Shown piece after piece: positions 1 through 13,029 of a stretch of 64,000 bases of DNA (the stretch's first letter is position 1; the number at the start of each line of letters is the position of its first letter). The position numbers and the translations under genes are program-made. This stretch comes from Monocercomonoides exilis PA203 (taxonomy: Eukaryota; Protista; Preaxostyla), in contig LSRY02000010.1 of assembly GCA_001643675.2 (NCBI GenBank), forward strand, positions 1-64,000, written 5' to 3'. The notes beneath the pieces were generated by a model, which saw nothing but the letters and a program-made list of their open reading frames with translations, made no database searches and had not been told where the DNA came from.

Positions 1-2447
1 CTTCTTCTTCCTAACCTAACCTAACCTAACCCTAACCTAGCCTAACCCTAACCCTAACCCTAACCTAACCTAACCTAACCCTAACCTTCTTCTTTGCTTT
101 GGCTTTAACCTAACCTAACCTAACCTAACCTAACCCTAACCCCTAACCCTAACCTAACCTAACCTAACCTAACCTAACCTCCTAACCTAACCTAACCTAA
201 CCCTAACCTAACCCTAACCTAACCTAACCTAACCTAACCCTAACCCTAACCTAACCCCTAACCCTAACCCTAACCTAACCTAACCTAACCCTAACCTAAC
301 CTAGCCTAACCTAACTAACCTAACCTAACCTGGCTAACCTACTAACCTAACCTAACCTAACCTAACCTAACCTAACCCTAACCTAACCTAACCTAACCTA
401 ACCTAACCTAACCTAACCCCTAACCTAACCCTAACCTAACCTAACCCTCAACCTAACCCTAACCAACCTAACCTAACCCTAACCCTAACCCCTAACCCTA
501 ACCCTAACCCTAACCCTAACCTAACCTAACCTAGCCTAACCTAACACAACCCGCCTAACCTAACTAACCTAACCTAACCTAACCTAACCTAACCTAACCT
601 AACCTAACCTAACCTAACCTAACCTAACCTAACCTAACCTAACCTAACCTAACCTAACCTAACCTAACCTAACCTAACCCTAACCCTAACCCTAACCCTA
701 ACCCTAACCCTAACCCTAACCCCTAACCTAACCTAACCTAACCTAACCTAACCTAACCTAACCCTAACCCTAACCTAACCCTAACCTAACCCTAACCCTA
801 ACCCTAACCCTAACCCTAACCTAACCTAACCCCCTAACCCTAGCTTCTTCAACCTAACCCTAACCTAACCTAACCCTAACCCTAACCTAACCCTAACCCT
901 AACCTAACCCTAACCTAACCTAACCCTAACCCTAACCCTAACCCTAACCCTAACCCTAACCCTAACCCCTAACCTAACCCTAACCTAACCCTAACCCTAA
1001 CCCTAACCCTAACCCTAACCCTAACCCTAACCTAACCCTAACCTAACCCTAACCCTAACCCTAACCCTAACCCTAACCCTAACCCTAACCCTAACCCTAA
1101 CCCTAACCCTAACCCTAACCTAACCTAACCCTAACCTAACCTAACCCTAACCTAACCTAACCCCTAACCTAACCTAACCTAACCTAACCTAACCTAACCT
1201 AACCTAACCCTAACCCTAACCCTAACCCTAACCCTAACCCTAACCCTAACCCTAACCCTAACCCCTAACCCTAACCTAACCCTAACCTAACCTAACCTAA
1301 CCTAACCTAACCTAACCTAACCTAACCTAACCTAACAACTACCCTAACCTAACCTAACCTAACCTAACCTAACCTAACCTAACCTAACCTAACCTAACCT
1401 AACCTAACCTAACCTAACCTAACCTAACCTAACCTAACCTAACCTAACCTAACCTAACCTAACCCTAACCTAACCTAACCTAACCTAACCTAACCTAACC
1501 TAACCCTAACCCTAACCTAACCCTAACCCTAACCTAACCTAACCTAACCCTAACCTAACCCTAACCCCTAACCCTAACCCCTAACCTAACCTAACCCTAA
1601 CCTAACCCTAACCTAGTTTAACCCTAACCCTAACCTAACCCTAACCTAACCTAACCTAACCCTAACCTAACCTAACCTAACCTAACCCTAACCTAACCCT
1701 AACCCTAACCCTAACCCCTAACCCTAACCTAACCTAACTAACCTAACCTAACCTAACCTAACCTAACCTAACCTATAACCTAACAACCTAACCTAACCTA
1801 ACCTAACCTAACCTAACCTAACCTAACCTAACCTAACCTAACCCTAACTAACCTAACCTAACCCTTCCTAACAACCTAACCTAACCTAACCTAACCTAAC
1901 CTAACCTAACCTAACCTAACTAACCTAACCTAACCTAACCCTAACCCTAACCCTAACCCTAACCCTAACCCTAACCCTAACCTAACCCTAACCTAACCTA
2001 ACCCTAACCTAACCCTAACCTAACCCTAACCCTAACCCTAACCCTAACCCTAACCTAACCTAACCTAACCTAACCCTAACCTAACCTAACCTAACCTAAC
2101 CCTAACCTAACCTAACCTAACCTAACCTAACCCTAACCCTAACCCTAACCCTAACCCTAACCCTAACCCTAACCCTAACCCTAACCTAACCCTAACCCTA
2201 ACCTAACCTAACCCTAACCCTAACCCTAACCCTAACCTAACCCTAACCCTAACCCTAACCCTAACCCTAACCCTAACCCTAACCCTAACCCCTAACCCTA
2301 ACCCTAACCCTAACCCTAACCCTAACCCCTAACCCTAACCCTAACCCTAACTAACCTAACCTAACCCTAACCTAACCCTAACCCTAACCTAACCCTAACC
2401 CTAACCTAACCCTAACCCTAACCTAACCTAACCCTAACCCTAACCTA
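1..2447. repeat. Telomeric repeat array, C-rich strand, mixed (CCTAA)n and (CCCTAA)n (TTAGG/TTAGGG); left chromosome end
   Basis: About 2.4 kb of tandem CCTAA and CCCTAA at the window start, with an abrupt junction to unique sequence at ...TAACCTAG|TTTCCTC. Confidence 0.98.
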
Positions 2448-2687
2448 GTTTCCTCATTGAACATTTTTTAAAGAAAAATGTTTTTCAGTTGTTTCAAAAG
2501 TCATCAGTTGATGAAATAATTGACAGAGATGTTCCTGATTGGAGCTACAAATTTTCTGAGTTTATTAACAAAATATATTGACAAAATCGTCAAACTGAAA
2601 TTTTTGAACAAAATATTATTATTTCAAAAATAGTCAACTTGTTTTTTGTTATTTGATATATTATTATTTCGTTTGATTAATGATTCG

Positions 2688-2688
<1 letters not shown>

Positions 2689-2722
<34 letters not shown>

Positions 2723-2723
2723 A
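2689..2723. repeat. (AAAT)n microsatellite
   Basis: Tandem AAAT units read directly. Confidence 0.9.
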
Positions 2724-2813
2724 TCAAATAATTATCAAATGTTGTCAATGTTAATATTTATTTATGTTTTATTGACTGTTTCAATATCACAACAACTTTT
2801 TTTCCAAAAAAGG

Positions 2814-3179
2814 GGATGAATATTTTTAAAATCATATGCTTCCAAACAAATTTTTCGCTTTCAAATATTTTCTTTTGAAAATAATGTGATTAACAAAAAA
2901 TATAATAATGGCAATCACGTTATATGTGATGATTTTTTAAAAAAAAACTTTTTTGGGGATGTTGATTTTTCGAAGGTTGTTTGTCATTGAATAGATATAC
3001 TATATTTTCATGCAAAAATTCCATCAAAACTATATTGAACAAAAATGTTTAAGCTAAAACAAAAATAAAGATATTTTTAATTAGAATTTTCAATTTTTAG
3101 TGTTTTGTTGAAATATTTTTGAAAAATACTCGAAAAAAATTTTTCGAATAAAAAAAAATGATTTCGAAAATAATCATCC
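2814..3179. mobile_element. Degenerate MITE, GGGTGATT-terminus family
   Basis: Left end GGATGAATATTTTTAAAATCATAT at 2814. Right end ATGATTTCGAAAATAATCATCC ends at 3179. Both match the TIR of the copy at 56551-56809 (3 mismatches in 24 for the left end). Confidence 0.55.
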
Positions 3180-4123
3180 AGTTTTTTTATAATATCGATG
3201 CACAAATGATTTAATTTGCAACATTGTTCTATCTTTCTTAATGAATCTCACAAATACATAATTTCCAAGCTTTTTCATTTTAATCTATAAATTATTTATG
3301 ATTTCAAAAATTACCACTCAAATTATTGAAAAGAACTGACTTTTCGATTTTTATTTCAGTTTTTCCTGATATCAAATACATTGAAATAAATGAATTACAT
3401 TGTTATTTTTTGTAATTTCAAACGAACAAACAGATGTTTTATCAGCTTTTGAAAAAGTTTTTTCTTTGCAAATTTTCATTCAAAAAAAGGGAAAAAAAAG
3501 TCCAATGCGGACTTCCAAGGTCAAAAAAGATTCAAATTGTGATTTTCCAGAATTGTCATCCAACACTTTCAAGATGTTAATTCTTGTTCCAAATAAGCAT
3601 TTTGAAAAAGAAACAATTTTTAAAACATGAAACAAATTCATTGAAATAAAGAAAATGATAAAAATTTGGAAAAAATTTTTTCACCCATAATTCATTTTTT
3701 TTCCAAAAATTATATATTATCATATTCATACATCGTAAAAATTCTTGCAACATTTTCAAAATGTCAACTTCTTCCATATCAAATACATCAATAATGATAA
3801 AAAAGAGTTCTGTAATATGTTTTTCTGTTGATTTGTATTTTTCTGTAAATTGCGTGACCATCAATAATTCTAAACAATGTTTTAACTGGAAAACATTGAC
3901 ACATGACCAATAGGCAATATCTGATGTTAGGGTACACTTCTCAAAAAATAACCTAGTGACACCTCTTAGAACATGGATGTCTTTCAACGAAAATACAAAG
4001 AATTGCGTTGAAACTGAAGAACAAAAAGAATCCATGACTTCAAACGTTTTGCTAACATGTTGTATTTATCTCGCACGTGCAAAAAATGTTAGGGGTGCGG
4101 TCGGAAGAGTAGACGCTGAAGAT

Positions 4124-4141
4124 CTAACCCTAACCTAGTTT
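4124..4141. repeat. Interstitial telomere-like motif CTAACCCTAACCTAGTTT
   Basis: The identical 18-mer occurs at the telomere junction (2434-2451) and inside the array (1602-1619). GTTAGGG at 4088 is its inverted partner. Confidence 0.8.
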
Positions 4142-5261
4142 TTTAAATAACAAAAAAATAAATATTAATAATAAATGAATAAGCCTGGTTGACGGATTGA
4201 AAAATTGATGGTTACGTCAGTCAGTGGAATATTTTCACGTCAATTGGCTTTTTTTCTCTCTATCTTGATATTTGAGGCAATAAACACAAATTTTATTGCT
4301 TAAAAATGTATGGTTATTTTTTGAAATAATTAATTATGTATTATTTTTTCCTCAAAAGAAAGAAAATATTATGAACCATAATTCTAATAATACTTATTCT
4401 GAGAAATATCTTTTTGCAATTGAACGCTTGAAGTCAATGATAGCTGATTGGTTTGCATATTGTTGTATTTGCCTATAATCTGTAAATGTACTTCTTTCAT
4501 GCAATCCAGTGGAAATTTTCGAAAATAAACAAAAAGTGGAACATCTTGTTTATCTGCCTGAATATCGAGTTTATTCTACAAATTCATAAAGAAAGTTCAC
4601 AGGATGAAGAAAATTGGAAGTGAAAACTGAGAATCAGATGATGAAACACTTGAAAATCGAAGGCATAACGAATTTTATTATAAAGGAAAACAAGCATTGA
4701 CTTGGGAATAATAAACAGAAAATTGCTTTAAAAAATGCTTTGAAGGTTTGATGTAGTTATTTTTTTCGAGTGATTATTATTTTTCATTCAGGATGCTGAA
4801 AGATAGAAGGAATGGATGGCTTTGAAGAAGAACAAGATAAGCTAGGAAGGAAAAAAAAGACGGACACATGAAATGCTAGATATTTCGAAGACTCATTGAA
4901 TCGGGCTTTGACGAAGAATTCGTTTTTGAGGAAAGATGTTTTTTTTTGTGAAAGAGGGGAAGCGAATATGGAAGAGATGAAATGAAAAAGGGATCGCTCA
5001 ATCTTTCGTATTTTTTGTTGGAAAGAAAGAAAGTGGATTGAGCTGAATGTTTGATGGATTTGGAGGATATTATTTGCCAGAAGAAAAGGGACAAAAGAAA
5101 AGAATTTCAATGTATTTTTTGTTGATGTTAATTGACTCTCATCTTCTCAATCTTCAACAAATAATCATCTCATTCAACACATTCATCATCATCATTGTCT
5201 TCTGGATCTTCTATAAATATATCATCAACATTTCACACAACTTCTTCTTCTTCTTCTTTTG

Positions 5262-6815
5262 TTAATTTGACATGTCTGTTTTCAATTGAGTTAAGGAATA
5301 ATCTCCGGAATAAATCGAACGGGCCCTAACGATGGAATTTATTTTTTGTGATTTTTTTTTTGAATTATTTAAAGAAGAAGAAGAAGAATGAAGAGGAGAA
5401 CAAGGAAAAGAAGAAGAACATGAAGCTGGTTGAGAGCTAGCCACCAACTGCGGAATGTGCTTTACAGAGCGGGAAAAAGAGAAATGCAACCAGAGAGACT
5501 CAAACGAGATAGGAAGAACTTAGTTTATGCCACATGACTCAGAGAACAGCTTTGAATCTCTTTCAACCACCTTCGGTGTTCTGCAGCTTGTTATTTTAAC
5601 ATGGAACAATGAATGACTTTTATGCTTATGTGAGTGTCTGCCTCATTGCTACTTGCACAATCTTCACAATCCTTTCAAATAGCAAATGAATGTTCGACCT
5701 CTTCTTCTCCTTCTCATTTTCATTCTTTCTCCGCATCGTCCATCCCAGCTTCCACTTCTCCGCTTCAATTTCCATTATTCATTCTCTCTCTCAGATGAAT
5801 GTGCTCAAACGGATTAAAACCACTACAGAAGACAAGTGCACAAAGGTTAAAAAGCAACAGGAAAGTGACAAACTGAAGAATTGTGTGGAGAAAATAACAA
5901 GTATGAAGAAGAATACGAAGAGGAAATGAAGAAGAAGGAGAAGAAGAGGTGGAGGAGCTGGCTGTTTAAGTGAAACATCACGAAAGAGAAGGAGATGAGC
6001 ACGAGGTGATCCAACAACCGACGAATAGGATGAAAATGTTACTGGAGATGGGGAATAATAATTGGAGAGAGAAGGCGATAGATCTGAAATAGCAGGAGAA
6101 GAGAAAGAAGAAGACGTACAAAAGTGCGAAGAGGCAGAGAAAAGAGGATTAGATCCATTATATTTCATGTTTTTGAACAATCTCATTTGTTGGAGTGGAA
6201 GCATTGAAGAAGAGAGAAGAGGAACTGCTTGACAGATCAGAGCTGCATTCAGCGAGTGTATCGCGGCCGATCCAAAAGGCAGACGAAACGCACCGCTTAG
6301 GAATTCGACTGATGAATTGAGAAGATACGAAATGGAAGAGGAAAAAGATGAAGAAGAAGACAATGATAATGATGGCGATGACAATTAATCACTTGAGTCA
6401 TTCTGCTGTTTCATTTCTTCTTTTTCTTCAACACCTTCTTCTTCATCGCTTGTTGTGCTTTCATCCATTCCAATGGGAATGATGTCTGGCGTGATGAGTG
6501 CTGCCCTCAAAAGCGACAGGTTGTCTTTGCCGAGAGAGAAGCAGTCGTCGATGGTGAACAGCACATCCTCTTTCAGCTGATAGCATGAAACGAGATGGAT
6601 GACTGGCTGTGGGATGAGGGGAAACATAGCAACGATCGGTTGAGTGGGTGTGGGAAAGGACAATAGCTCCGTTGGGGGAGAATGAAGTTAAAAAGAAGAA
6701 GATGGCGAAGAAGGAAAAGAAGCTGCAATAGAAGAGGAAATATCAGTGAAGCGTTAAAATAAAATTGAAAAATCAGCAAGCAATAATGGAATTCAGAAGG
6801 CATAGAGAGATGCAC
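5262..6815 (-). pseudogene. Decayed gene for a Ser-rich protein of unknown function
   Basis: ORFs 6385-6663 and 5791-6384 are contiguous in one frame, separated by a single TAA. GC is elevated and composition is protein-like. No recognisable domain. Confidence 0.4.
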
Positions 6816-7204
6816 AAAGCTGTTGAAAATACAGAATTCATGACAAAGAAGATATGTTGAAAGCTATAAAAGCACTTCGAACTTTATCATAGAAAAGAAG
6901 TGAGATTTTATTGAAAAGAGCAAGAAACGCAACACATATTCTCCTTCTCGTTAACTTACATCATGAATATTGCTTTCAGTTTCCTCATTCAGATGTTCTT
7001 CTTTTTATTTGCTCATTGATATTAACGCTTCACAAGAACTATTTTTAAATATGCAGTTTATTCATGAAAATATTGATTGATATTTTTGTGAAAATCAAAA
7101 AAGAAAACAGATGATTTATTGTTTATTTAAAAATTTGTTGAAAGAAATGTGAAATGAAAAAACTTTTGTCAAAAGACAAAACAGTTAAAAGAGCATTTAG
7201 TGCT

Positions 7205-8506
7205 TCAAAGATAGAGAATGCCTTCTGTCACCAGAGATCCTTTTTGTTCTTGAAAAGACACATTCGCAGCTTGATTCGCTGCATTGAGATGAAACAAATG
7301 AAAAAAAGATGTTTGAAAGAATTGTTTGAATAAGTTCTTTCTTCGTGATCTCTGCGTCGAACTTTTGTGTGTCGTCTTCTTATACGAAGCTTGGTGCTTC
7401 ATTCAAAAAATCCGGAAACAGTTTGAAACATAAATCCCTGATCTCTTTTGATTGATTTGATTATACTGTTACAACGTATCTTTCAAAACCTTGTCTAATT
7501 CGTGTAGCCCAGTAAAAACATATGGAACATACCACTTGATAACAAACTTCTTTCTCTTTTCTGGTTCCAGTTGTGAAGTCAAATTGATCTTCTGGTTTTT
7601 AAACAGCACATCCACATTATCTACGCCAAATTCTATTTCATCAGTTCCGTCTTCCATTGCATCTTCAGTTAAGTCACGAGAATTATTTTGGAAATATGTG
7701 ATGCGAGAATATGTCAAACATGACGAAGAAAAACTATCAAAAGAAGAAGAGCAGGAGGAACTTGTTGAAGGAAACGAAAAAGACTCATGCATGCTTTCAT
7801 CTTTTTTCTTTTCACTTTATTTTGTTAATCCGGTCATTTGAAGATACACTTTAAAGTGTGTTCATGCTATTCAAAGTGAATAAATCAATCAAAAAACGAT
7901 GCAATTAATATGTTTATCCATAAAGGCATTTTGAAATTCACTCAAATGATTTTAACATTCAATTATGTTGGGTGTTGACACAAAAATTTGACAAAGTCAA
8001 AAAAAGATCGACCAGTCTGTGACTTAGGCAATTTCCAAAAAATTGATCCAGTCAAAACCCATTAACGTGTTCTTTATTTCAAAAAAAAAAGTATCGATTA
8101 TTTTTTGTTCGATTTAAATTTTTCATTTTCCTTTTATTTTATTAAGTGTGTGAACGATAAACTGTTAAACTTTTGAATAATTTTGATTAGATATAAATGC
8201 TTTTTGACTTCAAGCATTTTTAAAGTCAGTCAAAAGAAGATTTCCTTAAGACAAAAGTCTTAAGTCACCCAGGCTTATAAATGAATATAATAATAGATAA
8301 ATTAAAGTTATTAACAATCAAAAAATTTTGAAGTCCAAACCATTCAAGGACTTCAGTAAATCATTAATTACTGAAGATGATTTTCTGTAGTTGTAAAACA
8401 AATAGACGAGCAATGAATCAACGTCATCTCCACCGATGCGTTGTATTTCTTTCCATAGAACGTTGCATCGTGAATTTAGAGTTGACTCCTGTTTTGAAAA
8501 TGACAT
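7205..8506 (-). pseudogene. Decayed paralog (copy C) of the IR-flanked USP gene at 13030-15478
   Basis: Exon 1 (ORF 8318-8506) aligns without gaps over 40 aa with ORF 13030-13248, ending LLKSLNG vs LLKSFNG, with a splice donor at the same phase-1 position (AATG|GTTTGG). Downstream fragments are collinear: Ser-rich linker, VPYVFTGLHELDKVL vs VYLMFAPIERFIDCL, RKNLFKQFFQTSFFHLF vs LRNLGKTCSFSSLCQCF, and EQKGSLVTE vs EPKGSLSTYE. It has several stops and has lost the catalytic Cys. Confidence 0.6.
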
Positions 8507-8633
8507 TTTAGTGATTATTACAATTTATTATGGAATTATTATCAATTAATGAAAAATTGACAACTCGGGATTTTTCTTTATTTTTTGTTTTTTTAGAAAT
8601 AAATATTTTTTCGAAAATGACTAATAACTTTAT

Positions 8634-9073
8634 ATAGTTCAAAAACATCTGCATCATTTTATTTTTCCAAATAAAAATAATCACAAAAATGATGACAAGC
8701 TCAAATGAGAAGTGTGATCAGTCACTAACAGATATATGAAAAAATGAGTATGATTGATCATTTCGATTCAGATGATCAGTATTTGACAAAAACAAGAAGG
8801 AAAAATTTTGCAAGAGGGAATGTTATTGGAAAAAAAAAGAAACACAATGATAGATCAAAATTTCGATCATTCTTTTTCTAATAACTTTCCCTCTTGCAAA
8901 ATTTTTCCTTCTTGTTTTTGTCAAATACTGATCATCTGCATCGAAATGATTAATCATACTCATTTTTTCATATATCTGTTAGTGACTGATCACACTTCTC
9001 ATTTGAGCTTGTCATCATTTTTGTGATTATTTTTATTTGGAAAAATAAAATGATGCAGATGTTTTTGAACTAT
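8634..9073. repeat. 440-bp near-perfect palindrome (foldback/MITE-like), ~200-bp arms and ~38-bp spacer
   Basis: 8634-~8834 is the reverse complement of ~8873-9073 with only a few mismatches. The ends read TA|GTTCAAAAAC...GTTTTTGAAC|TA. Confidence 0.95.
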
Positions 9074-9745
9074 GTGAATTGGAATTTTTTTAATTTTTTT
9101 ATAAAATGAAATAAAAAATAAACCTTCGAATATATATATATTTTTTTTTTCAATTCGAATTGATTAACTCATTTTTTTGTGAAAGTTCGTTTTCATTATT
9201 AAATATTTTTTTCATGCAAAATAAATCAAAAAAATGAAACGAACCATCAAAATAAATTAGTTTTGATAACAAATAGAAATAAAAAAAATTATTTCTAAAT
9301 AAAAAATTCTGAAATGAGCAAATAATAATAAAAAAAAGAGAGATATATAAATTTTTAAATACTGCACAGATGTGTTGAATGGAGATTATTTGTTTAACTG
9401 ATGAACAAATAAAAATAATAAGTTTGATTATTGTTTGAACATCAACAATTATTTATTTATTTTCTTTTTGAAATATCCGAGATGAAACAATAACTAAAAA
9501 TAAACAATTTTAATTTTTTCTTTGTTTCATTTCACAAATCTTCTTTTATTTTCTTTTTCACATAATTATTCATCGATCACAATCAAAACACATATATCCT
9601 CTTTTTGATCACTTTTTTCTCCTAATGCCATTAATCATCCATTTCTGCTTCGCTTTTTTTGTAATTTCACCACCGACTTCATTCACATTTGAAAAAGATA
9701 ATAACAATTTGAGATCGAAAATGTGAAGATAACGATAGTGATAAT

Positions 9746-11790
9746 TCATTGAAATGAAATTTCTTCAACTTGAACAGTCTTTAAGAACATGCGACTGCAC
9801 AACACACATACGCATTTCTCTCCTTTTGTCCTCTTTCCTCCAATCGGCCAAATTATCGAAGCATCCGACTTGATCAGTGGACGACTCTCTTCTGTATCTA
9901 ATATAATTTCTCTCTTCTCTCCTTTCTCACACGCCCTCTTCTGCAATGCAGGGTGCTCCTCGCACGCAGACACACCAGACACACCAGCCTCAGCTCGATG
10001 CTCCCACCTGCCACACCCCCAAAGCCAATTCGCTCATGTGACAATAAGCATAACTGGCCAGGAAGTTGAGAAAGAGGAACATGGAGTTGCTGTCTTTTTC
10101 TCATCCACAAGTGGCTCTGCTCCTTCCTTCGCGATGAAACCGTTGCCTTCCAGCAGCGCTTGCAGAACTGTTTCCATGTGAGTTATTCCTTCTGTTCCAT
10201 CACTTCCTCCTCCGGCTGCTCCTTGTGCTCCTCCTTGTGCTCCACCAATTCCCATCACTATTCCATTGTTCGATGATGGTGAATGATTCGTTCCATTCAC
10301 ATTCCCATCTCCTCAAACTGCTCCTCCTATTCCAACATTCGCGTTCATCACACTCATCGAGCTGTACCTGCTTCCCAGATTGATCGGAATCCTTTCCAAA
10401 TAACCTCTTTGCATCAGCGGACGGAAGAAACAATTTGTTTTCCACATTTCATGCGCTTGCACAATCCCTGTCGTGAAAAGTTATTCAAACAGTGAATATT
10501 CAGATGTGGAAAAACTCAGCCGCTCTTCATCAGTCAGATCGAGTCAGTTGTCGATGCTCGTCCCACCTTTGTTCCGCATCACGATCGACTGCATTGGTGC
10601 ATCCACCTCGCCGATGGGTTATTTATTCCAGTAAATGCATTTCCGTTTCTTCCTTTTCTCGCTCGCTCTCAAACCCAACACGTGCTTTGATTTGAATTAG
10701 CATCTGGCATGCAATCTTCTTCACCGCGTGCTTCCCTCCTCCCAGATGCTTTCAGATGAACGAAGCTTGATGAATACACTTGCTGTGGCTGTCATATGAA
10801 AATCTATTCACACGTTCTTCTCCGGTTTCAAGATGTCTCTCGCGTGGATCTATTGAAATGGGACATATTCATTCTCATTTGTTTTCTCCTTGATTTCCAC
10901 AACTTCCATCTCCTCCATTGTTATCATTTTATCCTCCTCCTTCTCCTCCACTTGCTCCTCCACCTCCATTTCCACCCAGACCCATCCCTCCCATCTGATG
11001 CATCATCCCCCTTCTCATATTTCCTTCCTCCACTCAATACTCCACTCTCACATTAAAATTTGTAAAATTGTGTGTTTGCTAATCAATAGGATATTTTCAT
11101 GTTGCTTTGCACACACACACAAACACCTCTGTGTCTTTATATAGCAGCGGATTGGTACCTAAATTGAAAGGAAAATGCAACAGATCCAGCAGCAAGCGCA
11201 TGCCAGCCTCAGTGTTGAGCAGCCCATCGTTGCGGTTGAATGTCTCGTCGGCTGGAGTGAGCTCGTGGGCAAACGTGTGGTTCAACTGGTTCAAAGACAG
11301 TTCTTTCCACAGAATCGCCTTCTCCGTGTTGTGGCGGTGCACATCCACAACAGCTGCAGAGGGAAGGATCCTCAGGCCAGTCACCACACACAATGCAGTT
11401 ATCTTGCTTTTCGACTGCATTCGTCGCATTTCGCTGGTATCTTGCTCTTCTTCTTTATCCGAAAAATTAAAGAAACAGGCGGGAGCAATGCGAACTGACT
11501 GCGATGGTCTGTTGATGTCTCCGGCATCAGTAAATTTCTCCAAGCATCCACTTGTTTTTTGATTGTCTGTTTCAACCACAAATACAGAACTTCATGTGTT
11601 CAACATGCGAAGAACTGGGCGAAAAAAGTATTTGATTTTTTCGTGTGTTCTTGCAAAAATGGCTCCGTTAAGCGGTCAAATTGACAGATCAGTCAATAAA
11701 GAAGAAGGGGAAGAAGAAGAGGAGGAGGATGCTGAAGAGACAAGAGATAAATACATATTGTTGTCGAGAACTCTCATCAGTTGGTTCTGA
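9746..11790 (-). pseudogene. Decayed gene, possibly with TRAF-type zinc fingers
   Basis: Chain of broken minus-strand ORFs. Reading through a stop gives SWPVMLIVT*ANWLWGCGRWEHRAE...EEHPALQKRACEK, resembling CP..V.C.N..GC....R....H...C. The C-terminus is Cys-rich. Confidence 0.35.
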
Positions 11791-12057
11791 ATGAATGATG
11801 GAATTGAGGTTGAACATTATTTAATTGCAGATGAACAGTAATGAGCATCATTATTGAATACACTCAAAAGTTAAATAAAATAATTTAAAACAGTTAATGA
11901 AAATGCAAACAACATGAAACATTTCAATAAGCCTTTCTAATTTTTCTCGAAATGATATATTTATTTATATTATGTTTAATAGCTTCATTCATCTTCTTGT
12001 CATCACTTCAGTCACTTAAAAAAAACAATAATTGATTTTTGAGTATTTTGCAAATTG

Positions 12058-12601
12058 ATAATAAAAACAAACTTTGTCAAAAATGAACAAGAATTAATAT
12101 AGTCACATTGAATAGTCTTTCTGTTTGTTTCATCAAAAATTGTCTATGTGCCAAACAAAATTACCAGTTTCTAAATAAATAGGTCAAAATTCTTATATTA
12201 ATGAAAAATAACAACGATTTGTAACAAACCTTTTATACAGCTTTGTCATTACAAGTCAGACGTCCTCACATATTAAATATATAGAATGACTGAAAAAAAA
12301 ATAAGAAAAATCTTCGAAGACAGTGCATGGGAAACAATTCATTTCACACAACACTTCATCCCAAATAAAAAATATGTTAAAAAACAAATTATTACCAACT
12401 TTTTCCACTAACAGATTTTCAAAAAAAGCATCAGACATGTTTATTATTGTTATTTATTCACATTGAGCAAAATAGATCATGGTATTCTTAATGGCGCCAT
12501 TAATAATAATTTGTATTTTTTATGATCAAAAATTTCAAAAATTTTTCAAAATTTTTTATTTTTGTTTCATTTAATTTGTGAATATTATTGCTTTATTAAT
12601 G
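12058..12601 (+). repeat. Left 544-bp inverted repeat
   Basis: No mismatch to the right copy seen on manual comparison. Contains the palindrome TTAATGGCGCCATTAA (12488-12503). Confidence 0.95.
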
Positions 12602-13029
12602 TTAAAAAAGTCATATGAATGTTGTTAATTAATTATTAAAACTTTTTTTTTAATGTGATATCAAAATTAATAAAAATAATATTTATTAGAAATTTAAATA
12701 TTTTTTTTTGAAGAATTTGAAATTTATTTTTTAATTATCAAATAATGAGAAAGCAATATGAGTTGTTAATTATTTTTTCCGCAATGAAAAAAAATTTAGA
12801 AATTTTCATTAAACTTTGAATATTTTTTTTATTGAGTCTTATTTTATATTTGTTCAAAAATAGATAAACATTGTTTATTTTTTTATGTTCAATTTTTTAT
12901 TGGTCAGAAATTTAACATATTTTGTTGAATTTGATTTTTATTATTTTTTTTTATTGTTTTATGAGTTCCATTTCTCATAAAAAAATTCCCATATATTGCA
13001 ATTTCATTGACTGGATCGGTTAATCGACA

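Noticed and set aside
4088-4145. Telomerase RNA gene: contains the 11-nt template-like CTAACCCTAAC followed by a T run
   Set aside because: The oligo(T) comes 4 nt after the putative template, leaving no room for the downstream pseudoknot and stem elements. The same motif is at the telomere junction, so it is better explained as DNA-level telomere sequence.
8017-8270. Additional MITE (CTGTGACTTAGG ... CTTAAGTCACCC, ~254 bp)
   Set aside because: Only ~10 bp of inverted match. Size and the CCC end are suggestive but insufficient.
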